Notes under the pieces: model-generated
Databases searched by the model: none
What the model was told of the DNA's origin: nothing
The model's input: the letters and a program-made list of their open reading frames with translations, nothing else
Shown here: positions 27,481 to 36,372 of the stretch, piece by piece
How positions within the stretch are numbered: position 1 is the stretch's first letter
Layout of the letters: the number at the start of each line of letters is the position of its first letter
Program-made: the position numbers and the translations under genes
Virus record (IMG/VR): IMGVR_UViG_3300044708_000121
Span: 1 to 40,799 of that record
DNA: 40,799 nt
Source: a virus
Lineage: Duplodnaviria > Caudoviricetes
Reading direction: 5' to 3' (one strand)

Positions 27481-28121
27481 CCTGCATCTACGCAACAACC
27501 GAGCTCAACAAATGGGGGCATCGGGAGAACAAGTTCGACATGGCCCGCTTTGCCGCCGACCTGGCGGTTGCGATCGGCGGCAAGGTCGAGGCCCGGCCGC
27601 CCGATCGCTTCTCCTGCGATGGCGACATCATCGAGGTTGACGGCGTGCGGATTCGCCTGGCGGTAAGCACCTGGCGCGCCGCCTTCGATCGGGTCCACGT
27701 CACCGCTTGCCATCCCGTGTTCGAGGGCAAGTATCACGATCACCCCTACGGCACGGACTACAAGATGCCCGGTGCCTACGTGTCCGCCGGCCGGCCGCTC
27801 GCCGCCCTGGCGAGCGACATTCGGCGGCGAGTGGTCGAGCCGGCGAGGGCGCCGATCGCCAGGTGGATCGAGCACCGCAAGATTGTGGCCGATCGAGGCT
27901 CCGACCTGGTCGCGCGGGCCGCGCGGCTGCGGGAGTGGGGACTCGATGTTCGCTTGAACGAGGGCGAAACCAGGTCCGGCAGCGTGTGGCACGGCAAGCC
28001 GTATTTCAGCGGCGAGTTCTACGCCGACGGCACGGTCAGCCTGCGCAACGTGACGTTCACCGCGGTCGAGTTCGAGCGGATGGTCGAGGCAGTCTGCAAC
28101 AATGGAGGGTCCAATGGCTGA
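27477..28121 (+). CDS. Hypothetical protein
   Basis: 214 aa, AAGGAGG RBS, ATGA overlap. Confidence 0.75.
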   Translation: MTCIYATTELNKWGHRENKFDMARFAADLAVAIGGKVEARPPDRFSCDGDIIEVDGVRIRLAVSTWRAAFDRVHVTACHPVFEGKYHDHPYGTDYKMPGAYVSAGRPLAALASDIRRRVVEPARAPIARWIEHRKIVADRGSDLVARAARLREWGLDVRLNEGETRSGSVWHGKPYFSGEFYADGTVSLRNVTFTAVEFERMVEAVCNNGGSNG

Positions 28122-28329
28122 CAAACTGATTAACACCGCAACTACGCTTTCCGCCCTGCGCGGTGCGCTCGCCATGCTGGAGGCGATCGCCGCCGGCAAG
28201 ACGTTCGACGCCGGCGATTACTACGATGCGTTGGAGGACCTGCGCGCCAAGGTCGCCGAGCGGGAAGCCATGTTCAAGTTGAACGCCGGCGTTTCAGCTT
28301 TGGCGCCGCTCGCCCCGCCGGCCGATTGA
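28114..28329 (+). CDS. Hypothetical protein
   Basis: 71 aa, GGAGGG RBS. Confidence 0.65.
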   Translation: MADKLINTATTLSALRGALAMLEAIAAGKTFDAGDYYDALEDLRAKVAEREAMFKLNAGVSALAPLAPPAD

Positions 28330-28365
28330 CCACCGGACGCCGCATCCGTAAGGTTGCGGCGTCCG
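28326..28365 (+). promoter_or_regulatory. Promoter with operator in the spacer, upstream of the small HTH gene
   Basis: TTGACC (28326)-N17-TAAGGT (28349). Operator CGGACG-CCG-CATCCG at 28334-28348 plus a CGTCCG half-site at 28360-28365. Confidence 0.7.
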
Positions 28366-28381
28366 CATAGGTGGAGGGACC

Positions 28382-28594
28382 ATGACACCGAAAGAATATG
28401 CCCGAGCTCTGGAGCTCATCGGCTTAACCAACTACGAGTTTTGCCGATTGATCGGATTGCCCGATCGCACCGGGCGCAACTGGTGGATCGGTCGCCACCC
28501 GATCCCGCCGACAACGCGAGCTCTGCTGCGCCTGGCAGCGCGCACCGGCATCACGCCTCGGCGCATGGCGAAGCTAATTGGGAACCCGCTTTAG
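28382..28594 (+). CDS. Small XRE/Cro-like HTH regulator (candidate repressor)
   Basis: MTPKEYARALELIGLTNYEFCRLIGLPDRTGRNWW.G..PIP HTH pattern; GGAGGG RBS. Confidence 0.75.
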   Translation: MTPKEYARALELIGLTNYEFCRLIGLPDRTGRNWWIGRHPIPPTTRALLRLAARTGITPRRMAKLIGNPL

Positions 28595-28601
28595 GGATCG
28601 G

Positions 28602-30464
28602 TCATCGCTCCGACTCCGCTGCAAAATGTTTCAGCACTAGCAGGCAACATCGATGCTGCACGCCGGCGATCCGCTGCCGGGCAGTCCGCCGATCGACGGG
28701 CAGCACCACATCCTCCGGCGCCTGGCGCAGCGCATCCTTCCATGGTCCGCCCGATCCCGCCTCCGCCTGCCACATGGTCCCTTCGAATAGCGCCGCGACG
28801 AGCGGCGAACTGTTCGGGATCGCGAGCACCAGGCCGTAGTCGTAGGGCGCCACGTCGCCCGGCACCAGGAGCCCGAGCCCGGTGAGCCCGAGCTCCTTGC
28901 GTGCATGGTGCAGGTTGAAATCCTCCTGCCCCTTGTCCAGGTCCACGATCAGCTGCCCGATCGTGGTGCGCGAGCCGTTGCGCCACATCGGAACCTGCGC
29001 CGTCAGCAAGTGCGTCACGCAGGCGCGCCAATTTTGCATCGCATCGCCAACCTCCGGCAGGAAATCGATGCTCAAGTGCTCCGCCCAATAGTCGAGATCA
29101 TCCGACAGCGGAATGTGAAACATGGTGCCGAGCTCGTGCCCTAGCAGGAGCTCCGCGCATGCGAGCAAGGTGCCATAGGTTTGTTGACCGCGGCCGTCGT
29201 GTCCGCCGCGGGCGAGGGCGCCGCTATAGGCTGCAAGCAAAGCCGGAAACTTGTGCCATTCCGACATGCACCGCGACAACATCACCGGCCCGCATTCGTC
29301 GGCGGCGATAGGGGGCGGCTTCGCTTGCGTCGCATCGAGCGACCGCAACCGCAGTATCGCCACGCGTGACAAATCCTGCGCCCTTTGAATTGGATTGTTG
29401 ATCGCCGAGAAAAGGAACGCCGATCGCATAGTGAACTCGCTCGCCGTGCCATCGCTACCTCCCCGCCGGCCGACCGAGCCCGAGCTCGCATCGCGCATCA
29501 ACTGGATTGCGGCCCGCGACTTGAACGAATTGATATCGGGTTCGAGCTCATCGAGCGCCACCGGCCGCGCGTCGTGCTGCATCTGCTGATAGATGCCGGC
29601 CGCCGTCGTGTCGCTGGAGTGAAACAGCAACGCACCGAACAGCTGGCGCAACGCCTCCTGCAGCGTTGACTTGCCGGTGCCCTTGTCGCCGAGCAACAGC
29701 ATCGCCGATCGCCATTCGAGCGCACCGCCGAGGAACGCAACGCCGATCCACCCGAGCAACAGCACCGGATCGACCAGCGGCCGCTCCCAATTCCACTTGC
29801 GCACCGTTTCCAGGAAGGCGCCGACGGTACGGGCGCGGAGCTCCAGGCTAACGGGTTTCGTCATCGGCCAGGGGAGCTCCGGCAGGCGCGGGTAAAGCAT
29901 GTTGTCGTAGAAGCCCACCTCCAGGTCGGTGAACTTTCCCGCCTGGTCGCACGTCCATAGCTTATTGCCGGCGTGATAGATCAACCGGCCGTCGCGCATC
30001 GCCCAACTACCGCGGCCGCGCAGCCGATCGGTCGGCGAGAACTGCCCGAGGAGTCGGCACGCCCCGAACATCGCTTCCTTGACGTGGTCCGCCTGAAACG
30101 AATTGATCGGCGGCGGCGTGTTCGCATCCTTCGGCCGGCCGTAGCGCGGCCAGGCCCACTTCGGATAGTTATCGAACGGCGCAAACAAATCTTGAATACC
30201 GGATTGATTCCAATTCCACGCCGGCATGGCGCGGAATTGTCCGGCCGCATCGATCACGTAAAACTTATCGCCCTCGAACCCGATCGGTTGCACCGGGCAA
30301 GGGTCCTCGATCGGCAAGCCGATTTCGTTTTTCGTCCACTTGCCAGCTAGAGCTCCGCCGCGTGGGATGTGCGGCTCTGGATTCACATGTCTCCGCCGCC
30401 GCGGCGTCGAGGTCGGGAGAGGTACAACATTGTCAGGCGTCGTCGGGGTGTCGTCGTCGGCCAT
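28602..30464 (-). CDS. Replicative P-loop helicase (DUF927/P4 alpha-type partner of the primase)
   Basis: Walker A GDKGTGKST, Walker B VALDELE, FLFSAIN...DLSR; directly downstream of the primase. Confidence 0.8.
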   Translation of the reverse strand: MADDDTPTTPDNVVPLPTSTPRRRRHVNPEPHIPRGGALAGKWTKNEIGLPIEDPCPVQPIGFEGDKFYVIDAAGQFRAMPAWNWNQSGIQDLFAPFDNYPKWAWPRYGRPKDANTPPPINSFQADHVKEAMFGACRLLGQFSPTDRLRGRGSWAMRDGRLIYHAGNKLWTCDQAGKFTDLEVGFYDNMLYPRLPELPWPMTKPVSLELRARTVGAFLETVRKWNWERPLVDPVLLLGWIGVAFLGGALEWRSAMLLLGDKGTGKSTLQEALRQLFGALLFHSSDTTAAGIYQQMQHDARPVALDELEPDINSFKSRAAIQLMRDASSGSVGRRGGSDGTASEFTMRSAFLFSAINNPIQRAQDLSRVAILRLRSLDATQAKPPPIAADECGPVMLSRCMSEWHKFPALLAAYSGALARGGHDGRGQQTYGTLLACAELLLGHELGTMFHIPLSDDLDYWAEHLSIDFLPEVGDAMQNWRACVTHLLTAQVPMWRNGSRTTIGQLIVDLDKGQEDFNLHHARKELGLTGLGLLVPGDVAPYDYGLVLAIPNSSPLVAALFEGTMWQAEAGSGGPWKDALRQAPEDVVLPVDRRTARQRIAGVQHRCCLLVLKHFAAESER

Positions 30465-30501
30465 GGTCCGCTCCCATGCCGTGACTCGACCAGGTCAACG
30501 G

Positions 30502-31695
30502 TCATCGTTTGCCTCCTTGGTAGTCACGCAACTTCGCCTCCGACGATTTGCGGCGCGCCTGTTCGGCTCGCCATTCGTCATTGAAATCTTTGCCCTCGCG
30601 CGGGTCGCGCACCTGGCGCACCGTTATCTCGATCTCGCCCTGCTGCCACAGCGCACGCTTGCCGTTGGCGAACGACTGCGCCGCCGCCTTGTTGGTCGGC
30701 TCATAGTGCTGGTGCAGAATCACGCGATCGACACTCGGCGGGAGCTCGACCCGGCCCAGGTTGCCGAGCGAAATGAAAGCCCAGGTCCGATACTCCGGCT
30801 CGCGCATGACCGACGTGAGCGCGTCCTCGATCCCTTCCGTCAGCATTAGCGTTTCGTAGACGCCGTGTTCGGCAGTCTCCTTCATCGCAGCATCGAGCGG
30901 CAGGTCGCCGGCGCCGCGCCATATCGGGATCACCAGGCCGGCGAACGCCGGCCAAACCTTTTTCACCGGATCGATATCGGCCTTGCCGCTGCCGTCGGGC
31001 TTCAACCAGGTGCGATGCACCGCCTTGATCTTGCCGGTGTGCCAATCGTAACAGCCCGCCAACATGCACGGCAGGCCCCGCGCGCTCTCGGCGTGATACG
31101 CCATCGGATCGGTCGCCGGCAGAAAGCGCAGTATGCCCGGCACTCGGCGCATGTTGACGAGCTCGATCGCCCGCGATTGCAGATAGGTATCGGCGAGCGA
31201 GCCAAGGATCGGCGCCGCCCGGTAAAAGGTGGCGCGCGCCTTCTCCTGGTTGACTGCCAGGTCATGCGAGGCCCGCGCCTGCGCCGCGTTGGCGTTAACC
31301 CGGTGCTTGTTCGCGAGCCGCATTCGATCGGCCAAACTCAGATCCCGCAAACCCAGGAATCCGGCGAGCCATTCGATCGCTTCCTTGCGCCCGGCCTTGT
31401 CGTTGCCGGCGGAGTCGCCGCGGAGATAGGCGACCAGGTCGATCAGGTCGCCCTCGGCGCAGCCGCGGTGATCCTTGAAGGCGCCGACCGCGGCGCCGCG
31501 AATCCAGATCGTGAAACTCGGATGCTTGTCGGGCACCATCGGGTTGCAGATCGAAATGTAATTGCCGCGTTGCTGGCGCCACGACACACCGAGAGCGCCG
31601 AGCACTTCCAGGATTCGCGCCTGGCCCTCGCGCTTGATCTCTTCGATCGGCGGACGTGTTCGCAAACGAAATCTCCAAGGGCAGTTTTGCGACAT
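30502..31695 (-). CDS. DNA primase (TOPRIM)
   Basis: NP...DKHPSF.I...GDLIDLVAY N-domain, YLQSRAI, AVHRTWL..DGSGKA, TEGIEDALT, GKDFND. Confidence 0.85.
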   Translation of the reverse strand: MSQNCPWRFRLRTRPPIEEIKREGQARILEVLGALGVSWRQQRGNYISICNPMVPDKHPSFTIWIRGAAVGAFKDHRGCAEGDLIDLVAYLRGDSAGNDKAGRKEAIEWLAGFLGLRDLSLADRMRLANKHRVNANAAQARASHDLAVNQEKARATFYRAAPILGSLADTYLQSRAIELVNMRRVPGILRFLPATDPMAYHAESARGLPCMLAGCYDWHTGKIKAVHRTWLKPDGSGKADIDPVKKVWPAFAGLVIPIWRGAGDLPLDAAMKETAEHGVYETLMLTEGIEDALTSVMREPEYRTWAFISLGNLGRVELPPSVDRVILHQHYEPTNKAAAQSFANGKRALWQQGEIEITVRQVRDPREGKDFNDEWRAEQARRKSSEAKLRDYQGGKR

Positions 31696-31864
31696 GCCCA
31701 GGTCGCCTGGCTCCGCACCAGGGACGATCGGTCATAAGGCGGGCCGACACGCCGGCGGTTACTCCGTGCCACCGCCAAGGGTCCGGTGTGGTTATCCGCT
31801 CTCAGTCACCACAGCCGGCAGGGGTGTCCGCCCATTCATCGGGATGGGCGTCGCGGCCCCGAGC

Positions 31865-32125
31865 TCAAGGCCACATCGGTCCCATGTCGTAGGCATCACC
31901 GGAACCTAGATGCAGAAGCCGGCGCGCGTCCGCGAGTGTCGCCGTCGAAGGACTGCCCGGTACGAGCAACCGGCTTACAGTGGCGCGGAGCTCCATGTTT
32001 TCTTCGGCGAGTTGGTGCGCCCGGCGCGCCAGGATGCGATAGCACTCGGCACAGTGGGCGCCGCCGGTATGGCCGCAGGTCCACTCCGCCGCGGTGCCGG
32101 CCGGCAACAAATCCTCAAGTCGCAT
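31865..32125 (-). CDS. Hypothetical protein with Cys/His motif
   Basis: 86 aa, CGH....CAEC followed by a coiled coil; GGAGG RBS. Confidence 0.55.
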   Translation of the reverse strand: MRLEDLLPAGTAAEWTCGHTGGAHCAECYRILARRAHQLAEENMELRATVSRLLVPGSPSTATLADARRLLHLGSGDAYDMGPMWP

Positions 32126-32195
32126 TGTGCCCTCCATGTTGAAAATCCCCGGCGCGATGTGCGTCACCACCGCGCCGGGGGCCAGCGAGACACTG

Positions 32196-32522
32196 TCAGG
32201 CTTGCGCCTCGCCACTTGCCGTCGGCGCATGGTGCAGCATTACGAAGCACACGCCGTCGGCAAACCCGGAGGACAACAGGAGAATGTTGCGCGTCGGGTT
32301 TGCCTTGATCCATCCGACCATTTGACTTGTGATCCGCACGCGCACGCCGGCCGGCCACTCCGCAATCGAGAGGCCGAGCGCCTGTTCCTTGCTAGTCAGG
32401 CCGCAGGAAATCAGGAGCACGTCGCACCGCGACAGGTCCACCGGCGCGTGCTCGAACCCAGGCAGGGCGCCGGCATGCTGCGCCAGGGGCAACAGCCCCA
32501 TGTCCTCGAACGCGTCCGCCAT
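32196..32522 (-). CDS. Hypothetical protein
   Basis: 108 aa, TAATG coupling with the upstream gene. Confidence 0.55.
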   Translation of the reverse strand: MADAFEDMGLLPLAQHAGALPGFEHAPVDLSRCDVLLISCGLTSKEQALGLSIAEWPAGVRVRITSQMVGWIKANPTRNILLLSSGFADGVCFVMLHHAPTASGEAQA

Positions 32523-32680
32523 TAGCGTTTAGCTCGCCGCGATTTTGCGGAGGACTTCCGGGACTTGCCGGCTTTGCTGTACGCGATCGCGATCGCCTGC
32601 TTGGCGGGGCGCCCCGCTCTGCGTTCGGTCGCTATGTTCTGGCTGATTACCTTGCGGGAGGAACCTCGTTTGAGGGGCAT
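32522..32680 (-). CDS. Small basic protein ([16 protein letters not shown]...[10 protein letters not shown] type)
   Basis: 52 aa, AGGAG RBS; motif familiar from phage small basic proteins, function unknown. Confidence 0.7.
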   Translation of the reverse strand: MPLKRGSSRKVISQNIATERRAGRPAKQAIAIAYSKAGKSRKSSAKSRRAKR

Positions 32681-32864
32681 CGGGTGTCTCCTGGTTTCGT
32701 GCCTGTACGAAACGGTTGCGTTGTTCGTAGAGCTTGCGCACGCAGTCCTCGGCGATCGCGATCGCCGCATCGATCCGCATCGTGTGCGCACGCCGTAGTT
32801 CCATCAATTCGTCACCGTCCTCGCGCAGCGCCTCGACGGCTTTGACTAATCGTCGCTCACTCAT
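32529..32864 (-). CDS. Hypothetical coiled-coil protein
   Basis: GGAGGG RBS; the 3' part overlaps the small basic gene out of frame. Confidence 0.5.
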   Translation of the reverse strand: MSERRLVKAVEALREDGDELMELRRAHTMRIDAAIAIAEDCVRKLYEQRNRFVQARNQETPDAPQTRFLPQGNQPEHSDRTQSGAPRQAGDRDRVQQSRQVPEVLRKIAAS

Positions 32865-33045
32865 CTTGCCCTCCATGATGTGCGGCGGCCCGGTCAGGGT
32901 GCAACTCAGAGGACAACCAGGCCGCCGCGATCGCCGGCAGGATTGCCGACGAGCTCCGCCCGTGGGCGGATCGAAGGCAGCTGGCGATGATCGTGAGGAC
33001 CACCGCCACCGCCAACGCCGTCGCTATAGCAGGAAGCACCTTCAT
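32857..33045 (-). CDS. Hypothetical membrane protein
   Basis: 62 aa with an N-terminal hydrophobic helix. Confidence 0.35.
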   Translation of the reverse strand: MKVLPAIATALAVAVVLTIIASCLRSAHGRSSSAILPAIAAAWLSSELHPDRAAAHHGGQDE

Positions 33046-33061
33046 CCCCGCTATCCACAAG

Positions 33062-33325
33062 CTAGATCGGAACATGTTCGGCGCGCGCCCACACGTCAGG
33101 CCGCAGCCGCGACGCCGGCACCTTGCCGCCGGTCGCGCGATGAATGCGCATTGCCAGTGATTCGGAGATCAGCAGCGTGCGGCGCACCTTATGGATCGCC
33201 GCCGGCGATACCTCGCACGCCCTGGCGAGCGCAGCCTGCCCGCCCGCTACCTCGCACGCCTCATCGATTGCCGCGCGGAACTGCCGGGCCAACGGCCGCA
33301 CCGCGAATCCATTTGTTCGCCGCAT
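33062..33325 (-). CDS. Cro/YdaS-like HTH regulator
   Basis: AGGQAALARACEVSPAAI...AMRIHRATGGKVPASRLRPDVW; heads the replication operon. Confidence 0.85.
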   Translation of the reverse strand: MRRTNGFAVRPLARQFRAAIDEACEVAGGQAALARACEVSPAAIHKVRRTLLISESLAMRIHRATGGKVPASRLRPDVWARAEHVPI

Positions 33326-33419
33326 GACTCCGATTCGTAACCGAAACCTCCGGTTGTTGCCAAGCTAAAAAATCCGTGCCTACATTCCGTGCGACTCTCT
33401 CCAACCTGGTCACGTCGCA

Positions 33420-33707
33420 TTGCGTCGCGTCCTGCCGCCATCGCTTGTCTACACCGGACCACAGGTCGCCGAGGCGCTTGGTCTGACACGCGAGCGATTC
33501 TATCGCCTGCGCAAAAAGCTGGAGGACGAGGAAGGCATGCCGCCTGGCATCCAGGTCGGGCGCGAGCTCCGCTATTCCAAGCTGTCGTTTGACACCTGGC
33601 TCAACGATCCGCAGCGCAAGAAACCGCAGCCCGCTACCGACAAGGACCCGACGCCGCCCGATCTACGCGCGCGGTTCGATCATGCGTATGGGCTAAAGCG
33701 CCGTTAA
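33420..33707 (+). CDS. Excisionase / AlpA-like HTH protein
   Basis: YTGPQVAEALGLTRERFYR...GMPP...LRYSK...DTWL; immediately upstream of the integrase. Start uncertain. Confidence 0.7.
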   Translation: MRRVLPPSLVYTGPQVAEALGLTRERFYRLRKKLEDEEGMPPGIQVGRELRYSKLSFDTWLNDPQRKKPQPATDKDPTPPDLRARFDHAYGLKRR

Positions 33708-33761
33708 CCTTGGGTTAATTCGTGAGACACCCTTGACAACCGGACGCCACGTCCGCATATC
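33704..33761 (+). promoter_or_regulatory. Integrase promoter: CtrA box + GTGAGACA site + -35/-10 with operator
   Basis: TTAA-ccttggg-TTAA at 33704-33718; CGTGAGACAC at 33721-33730; TTGACA (33733)-N17-CATATC (33756); CGGACG-CCA-CGTCCG at 33741-33755. Confidence 0.75.
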
Positions 33762-33783
33762 AGGGGTGAAAGGAGGGCACCAC

Positions 33784-34983
33784 ATGCACGGAAACCTAAA
33801 TCCACGCCTGCCCTATGTGGTCTGGCGCGACGACCGCCCGCGGTTCGTCCCGCCCGCACCGTTGCGTAAACTAGGGTTCCGCGGCGAGGACCTGCGCCAC
33901 CCCGGCGGCACCTGGTTCACGTTCGAGGAAGCCCGCGCCTGGTCAACGATGAACTTGGCGAAGATCGTCGCCGCCAAGGGCACCGGCGCCAAGCCGGAGC
34001 GTCGGGCCGGCGCGCTCACCGTCGCCGACTTGCTGGAGGATTGGCTGGCGTCCGATCACGTCGCCACGCTCGCCGCCAACACCCGGCGCAACTACCGCAC
34101 CGCGGCCGACGCGCTCTTGTTCAAACCGCGCAAGGTCTACCGCGGCCATGCTGCTACCGAACGGGAGCCCGAAGAGATGGGGCTCATGCCGGTCGCTGCG
34201 ATCAAGGCGCCCGAGCTCCGCGCCATGTTCGAATACGTGAAGCGGGTCCGCGGTCTGCACGTCGCGCACCGCTGCGTCGCGGCCTACTCCAGCGCATACA
34301 AGTGGGCAGTCGAGAGCACCAAATGGCGACTGCCCGCCCACCTGAATCCCCGAACGGGAATGACTTTCGAAAGCCCGCCCGGTCGGATCAGCGTCATCAC
34401 CCCGCGCGAGTTTCACGCCCTGGTCGCGGCCGCCGATCGCCTCGGTCGCCCGAGCGTCGGCGATGCGATCACCTTGGGGATGTTCACCGGGCAGCGTCAG
34501 TCCGATCGGCTAGGGTTCCTCGATGATGGATACGAGGACGGCCGGCGCAAACTGCGGCAGGCGAAAACCGGCACCGTAGTCCGCCTCCACGAAACCGCCG
34601 AGCTCAAGGCGCGGCTCGATGATGCGGCCCGCCGGCGGCGCGAGCTCATGGTGCGGCACGGCACCAGGCACAAGGAAGTCGTGCTCTGCGAATACAAGGG
34701 CAAGCCCTGGACCGCGGCGAGCTACCGCCACTGGTTCAACAAGGTGCGCGCCGAGGCCGCCAAGGCGGAGCCGGAGGTCGCCGACAAGACCGACCAGGAC
34801 TTGCGCGATACCTGCGTGACGCTACTCGCCAGGTCCGGCGCCAACCTGACCACGATCTGCGAGGTCACGGGGCATAGCTATAGCTCCGCCGCCCTCATCA
34901 CCAAGCATTACCTCGGTCGCGATCCCGATCGAGCCGACGCCGCCCTCGAACGAATGGCAGAATTTATGAAGGAACTCGCATGA
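33784..34983 (+). CDS. int: Tyrosine integrase
   Basis: Start set at ATG 33784 after AAGGAGG. Catalytic motifs TGQRQSD, QAKTG, QDLRDT (HxxR variant), VTGH, KHY. Confidence 0.93.
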   Translation: MHGNLNPRLPYVVWRDDRPRFVPPAPLRKLGFRGEDLRHPGGTWFTFEEARAWSTMNLAKIVAAKGTGAKPERRAGALTVADLLEDWLASDHVATLAANTRRNYRTAADALLFKPRKVYRGHAATEREPEEMGLMPVAAIKAPELRAMFEYVKRVRGLHVAHRCVAAYSSAYKWAVESTKWRLPAHLNPRTGMTFESPPGRISVITPREFHALVAAADRLGRPSVGDAITLGMFTGQRQSDRLGFLDDGYEDGRRKLRQAKTGTVVRLHETAELKARLDDAARRRRELMVRHGTRHKEVVLCEYKGKPWTAASYRHWFNKVRAEAAKAEPEVADKTDQDLRDTCVTLLARSGANLTTICEVTGHSYSSAALITKHYLGRDPDRADAALERMAEFMKELA

Positions 34984-35024
34984 TGTGCGACTTCTTCCCC
35001 GGTAAACCAAGGAGGACCACCACC

Positions 35025-35207
35025 ATGACCCCGTCCGAAAGCATCCTGCTCGCCGACACCCTCAACGAGATTACGAAGTTGCGCGACGAACGGAACGACC
35101 TGCGCACTTTCATCGCGGAGAGCGGCAACGCCGCGCACTATCGCGAATGGCTGGAGCTCGTGCAGAAGCAACGCGCCCGGCGCATCCTCGACGAGGTTCA
35201 CAAATGA
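35025..35207 (+). CDS. Hypothetical protein
   Basis: 60 aa, AAGGAGG RBS. Confidence 0.65.
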   Translation: MTPSESILLADTLNEITKLRDERNDLRTFIAESGNAAHYREWLELVQKQRARRILDEVHK

Positions 35208-35296
35208 TCGAGGTTGTCTACGTCGCCATCACCATCGCCGCGATCCTGGCTCTAGCGATCGCGGCGTCTTTCCACGATCGGAGGGAACATGATTAG
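35204..35296 (+). CDS. Small membrane peptide
   Basis: MIEVVYVAITIAAILALAIAASFHDRREHD; ATGA overlap, GAGG RBS. Confidence 0.5.
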   Translation: MIEVVYVAITIAAILALAIAASFHDRREHD

Positions 35297-35528
35297 CCTC
35301 AAACTGGATTGGCCGCATCCCGATCCCAAGTCCGCGGTGAACAACAACAAGACCTATCTCTATCGGATCGTCCGCGTCGCCGGCAGCACCGACTATTTCC
35401 CCGGCGACTTTCTCACCCGCGACCAGGTCAGCGACATGTGCGTGGCAACAGGCATCTTCAAGATCGTTGTCGTCGCCAGCGCCAGCGCACATGAACGGCC
35501 GCAGGTCCGAGGGGAGTCGCTGCGATGA
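35289..35528 (+). CDS. Hypothetical protein
   Basis: 79 aa, GGAGGG RBS. Confidence 0.6.
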   Translation: MISLKLDWPHPDPKSAVNNNKTYLYRIVRVAGSTDYFPGDFLTRDQVSDMCVATGIFKIVVVASASAHERPQVRGESLR

Positions 35529-35791
35529 AACCGGCCGAGATCAAACTCGCCTTGCGCATGGCCGACAACATCGGGCGGCAACTCTACGGCGGCGGCCCCG
35601 GCGTCCAGGGCGCGATCCTCGCCGAGCTCGTGTCGCGTTGGCTTGCCGGCCACCGCACCGAACTGCACGAGAGAGTGCTCACCCAATGGGTCGAGCTCGT
35701 GCGCAGCCTTGTCCCGATCAACGCCGCGATCATGTTCGGCGAGCACGGCCACCCCGGCGATCGCGCGCCGCCGGCAGCGGACCCGCCTTGA
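35525..35791 (+). CDS. Hypothetical protein
   Basis: 88 aa, ATGA overlap. Confidence 0.65.
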   Translation: MKPAEIKLALRMADNIGRQLYGGGPGVQGAILAELVSRWLAGHRTELHERVLTQWVELVRSLVPINAAIMFGEHGHPGDRAPPAADPP

Positions 35792-36074
35792 CGAGGCGAT
35801 ACACCCATCGCGTTCGGTTGCGGATGCGGTAGCCGCTGTCCGCGATTAGCTCGTTGATCTGCCAGACATGCGACTTGATACACCGGGCCGAGAGCCCGGT
35901 GATTTCTGTCAGGTCTGCTGTCGTTATCCCGAGCTCGCCGCATCGCTGGATCAGGTCGAACAGGCGCGCCTTGCCAGGCGGGAGCCGCACGCCCAGGCGG
36001 AACTCCGGGAGTACCTGATTACAGTACGGGCAGAGCCGATCATGGATGGCTTTTGCGGCTTGCCCCCTATGCAC
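35730..36074 (-). CDS. CxxC + winged-HTH regulator (candidate SOS-induced activator/antirepressor)
   Basis: CPYCNQ, then RLFDLI...ITTADL......RCIKSHVWQINELI...YRI...YRL, resembling OmpR-type wHTH domains. Start uncertain. Confidence 0.65.
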   Translation of the reverse strand: MHRGQAAKAIHDRLCPYCNQVLPEFRLGVRLPPGKARLFDLIQRCGELGITTADLTEITGLSARCIKSHVWQINELIADSGYRIRNRTRWVYRLVKAGPLPAARDRRGGRARRT

Positions 36075-36250
36075 CCTAGCGGCCCCCCCGGAAAAACCTG
36101 CCAGCGACCACGCCAGCGCACCGCAGCCGGCGAATCAGTGTGACGCCAACATGACCGCAGCCGCTTCCGGCCGCAACGTCCGGTGCTTGTGGATTGTGGG
36201 GAGTCCCTTTTTGTTCCGGTTGATTCCGTTCTGCCCCATAGCCAAACGGA

Positions 36251-36372
36251 ATTACGAGAACATCCCGCGAACCTGACAATGATTCAAAATTGGACGGATG
36301 TTCTCCTGCGAGAACAGGGCGCGAACCCGCTTTAGGTTAATACATTGCGGGGAAAGCGAACGCGCGGGGAAC
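36251..36372 (-). promoter_or_regulatory. SOS promoter with three alphaproteobacterial LexA boxes
   Basis: GAAC-N7-GAAC at 36258-36272, 36312-36326 and 36358-36372. Minus strand TTGTCA (36279-36274)-N17-CGTAAT (36256-36251), with the first box in the spacer. Confidence 0.8.

Noticed and set aside
36076-36279. 67-aa minus-strand ORF
   Set aside because: Its TTG start coincides with the -35 of the LexA-boxed promoter, and the product has no recognisable features.
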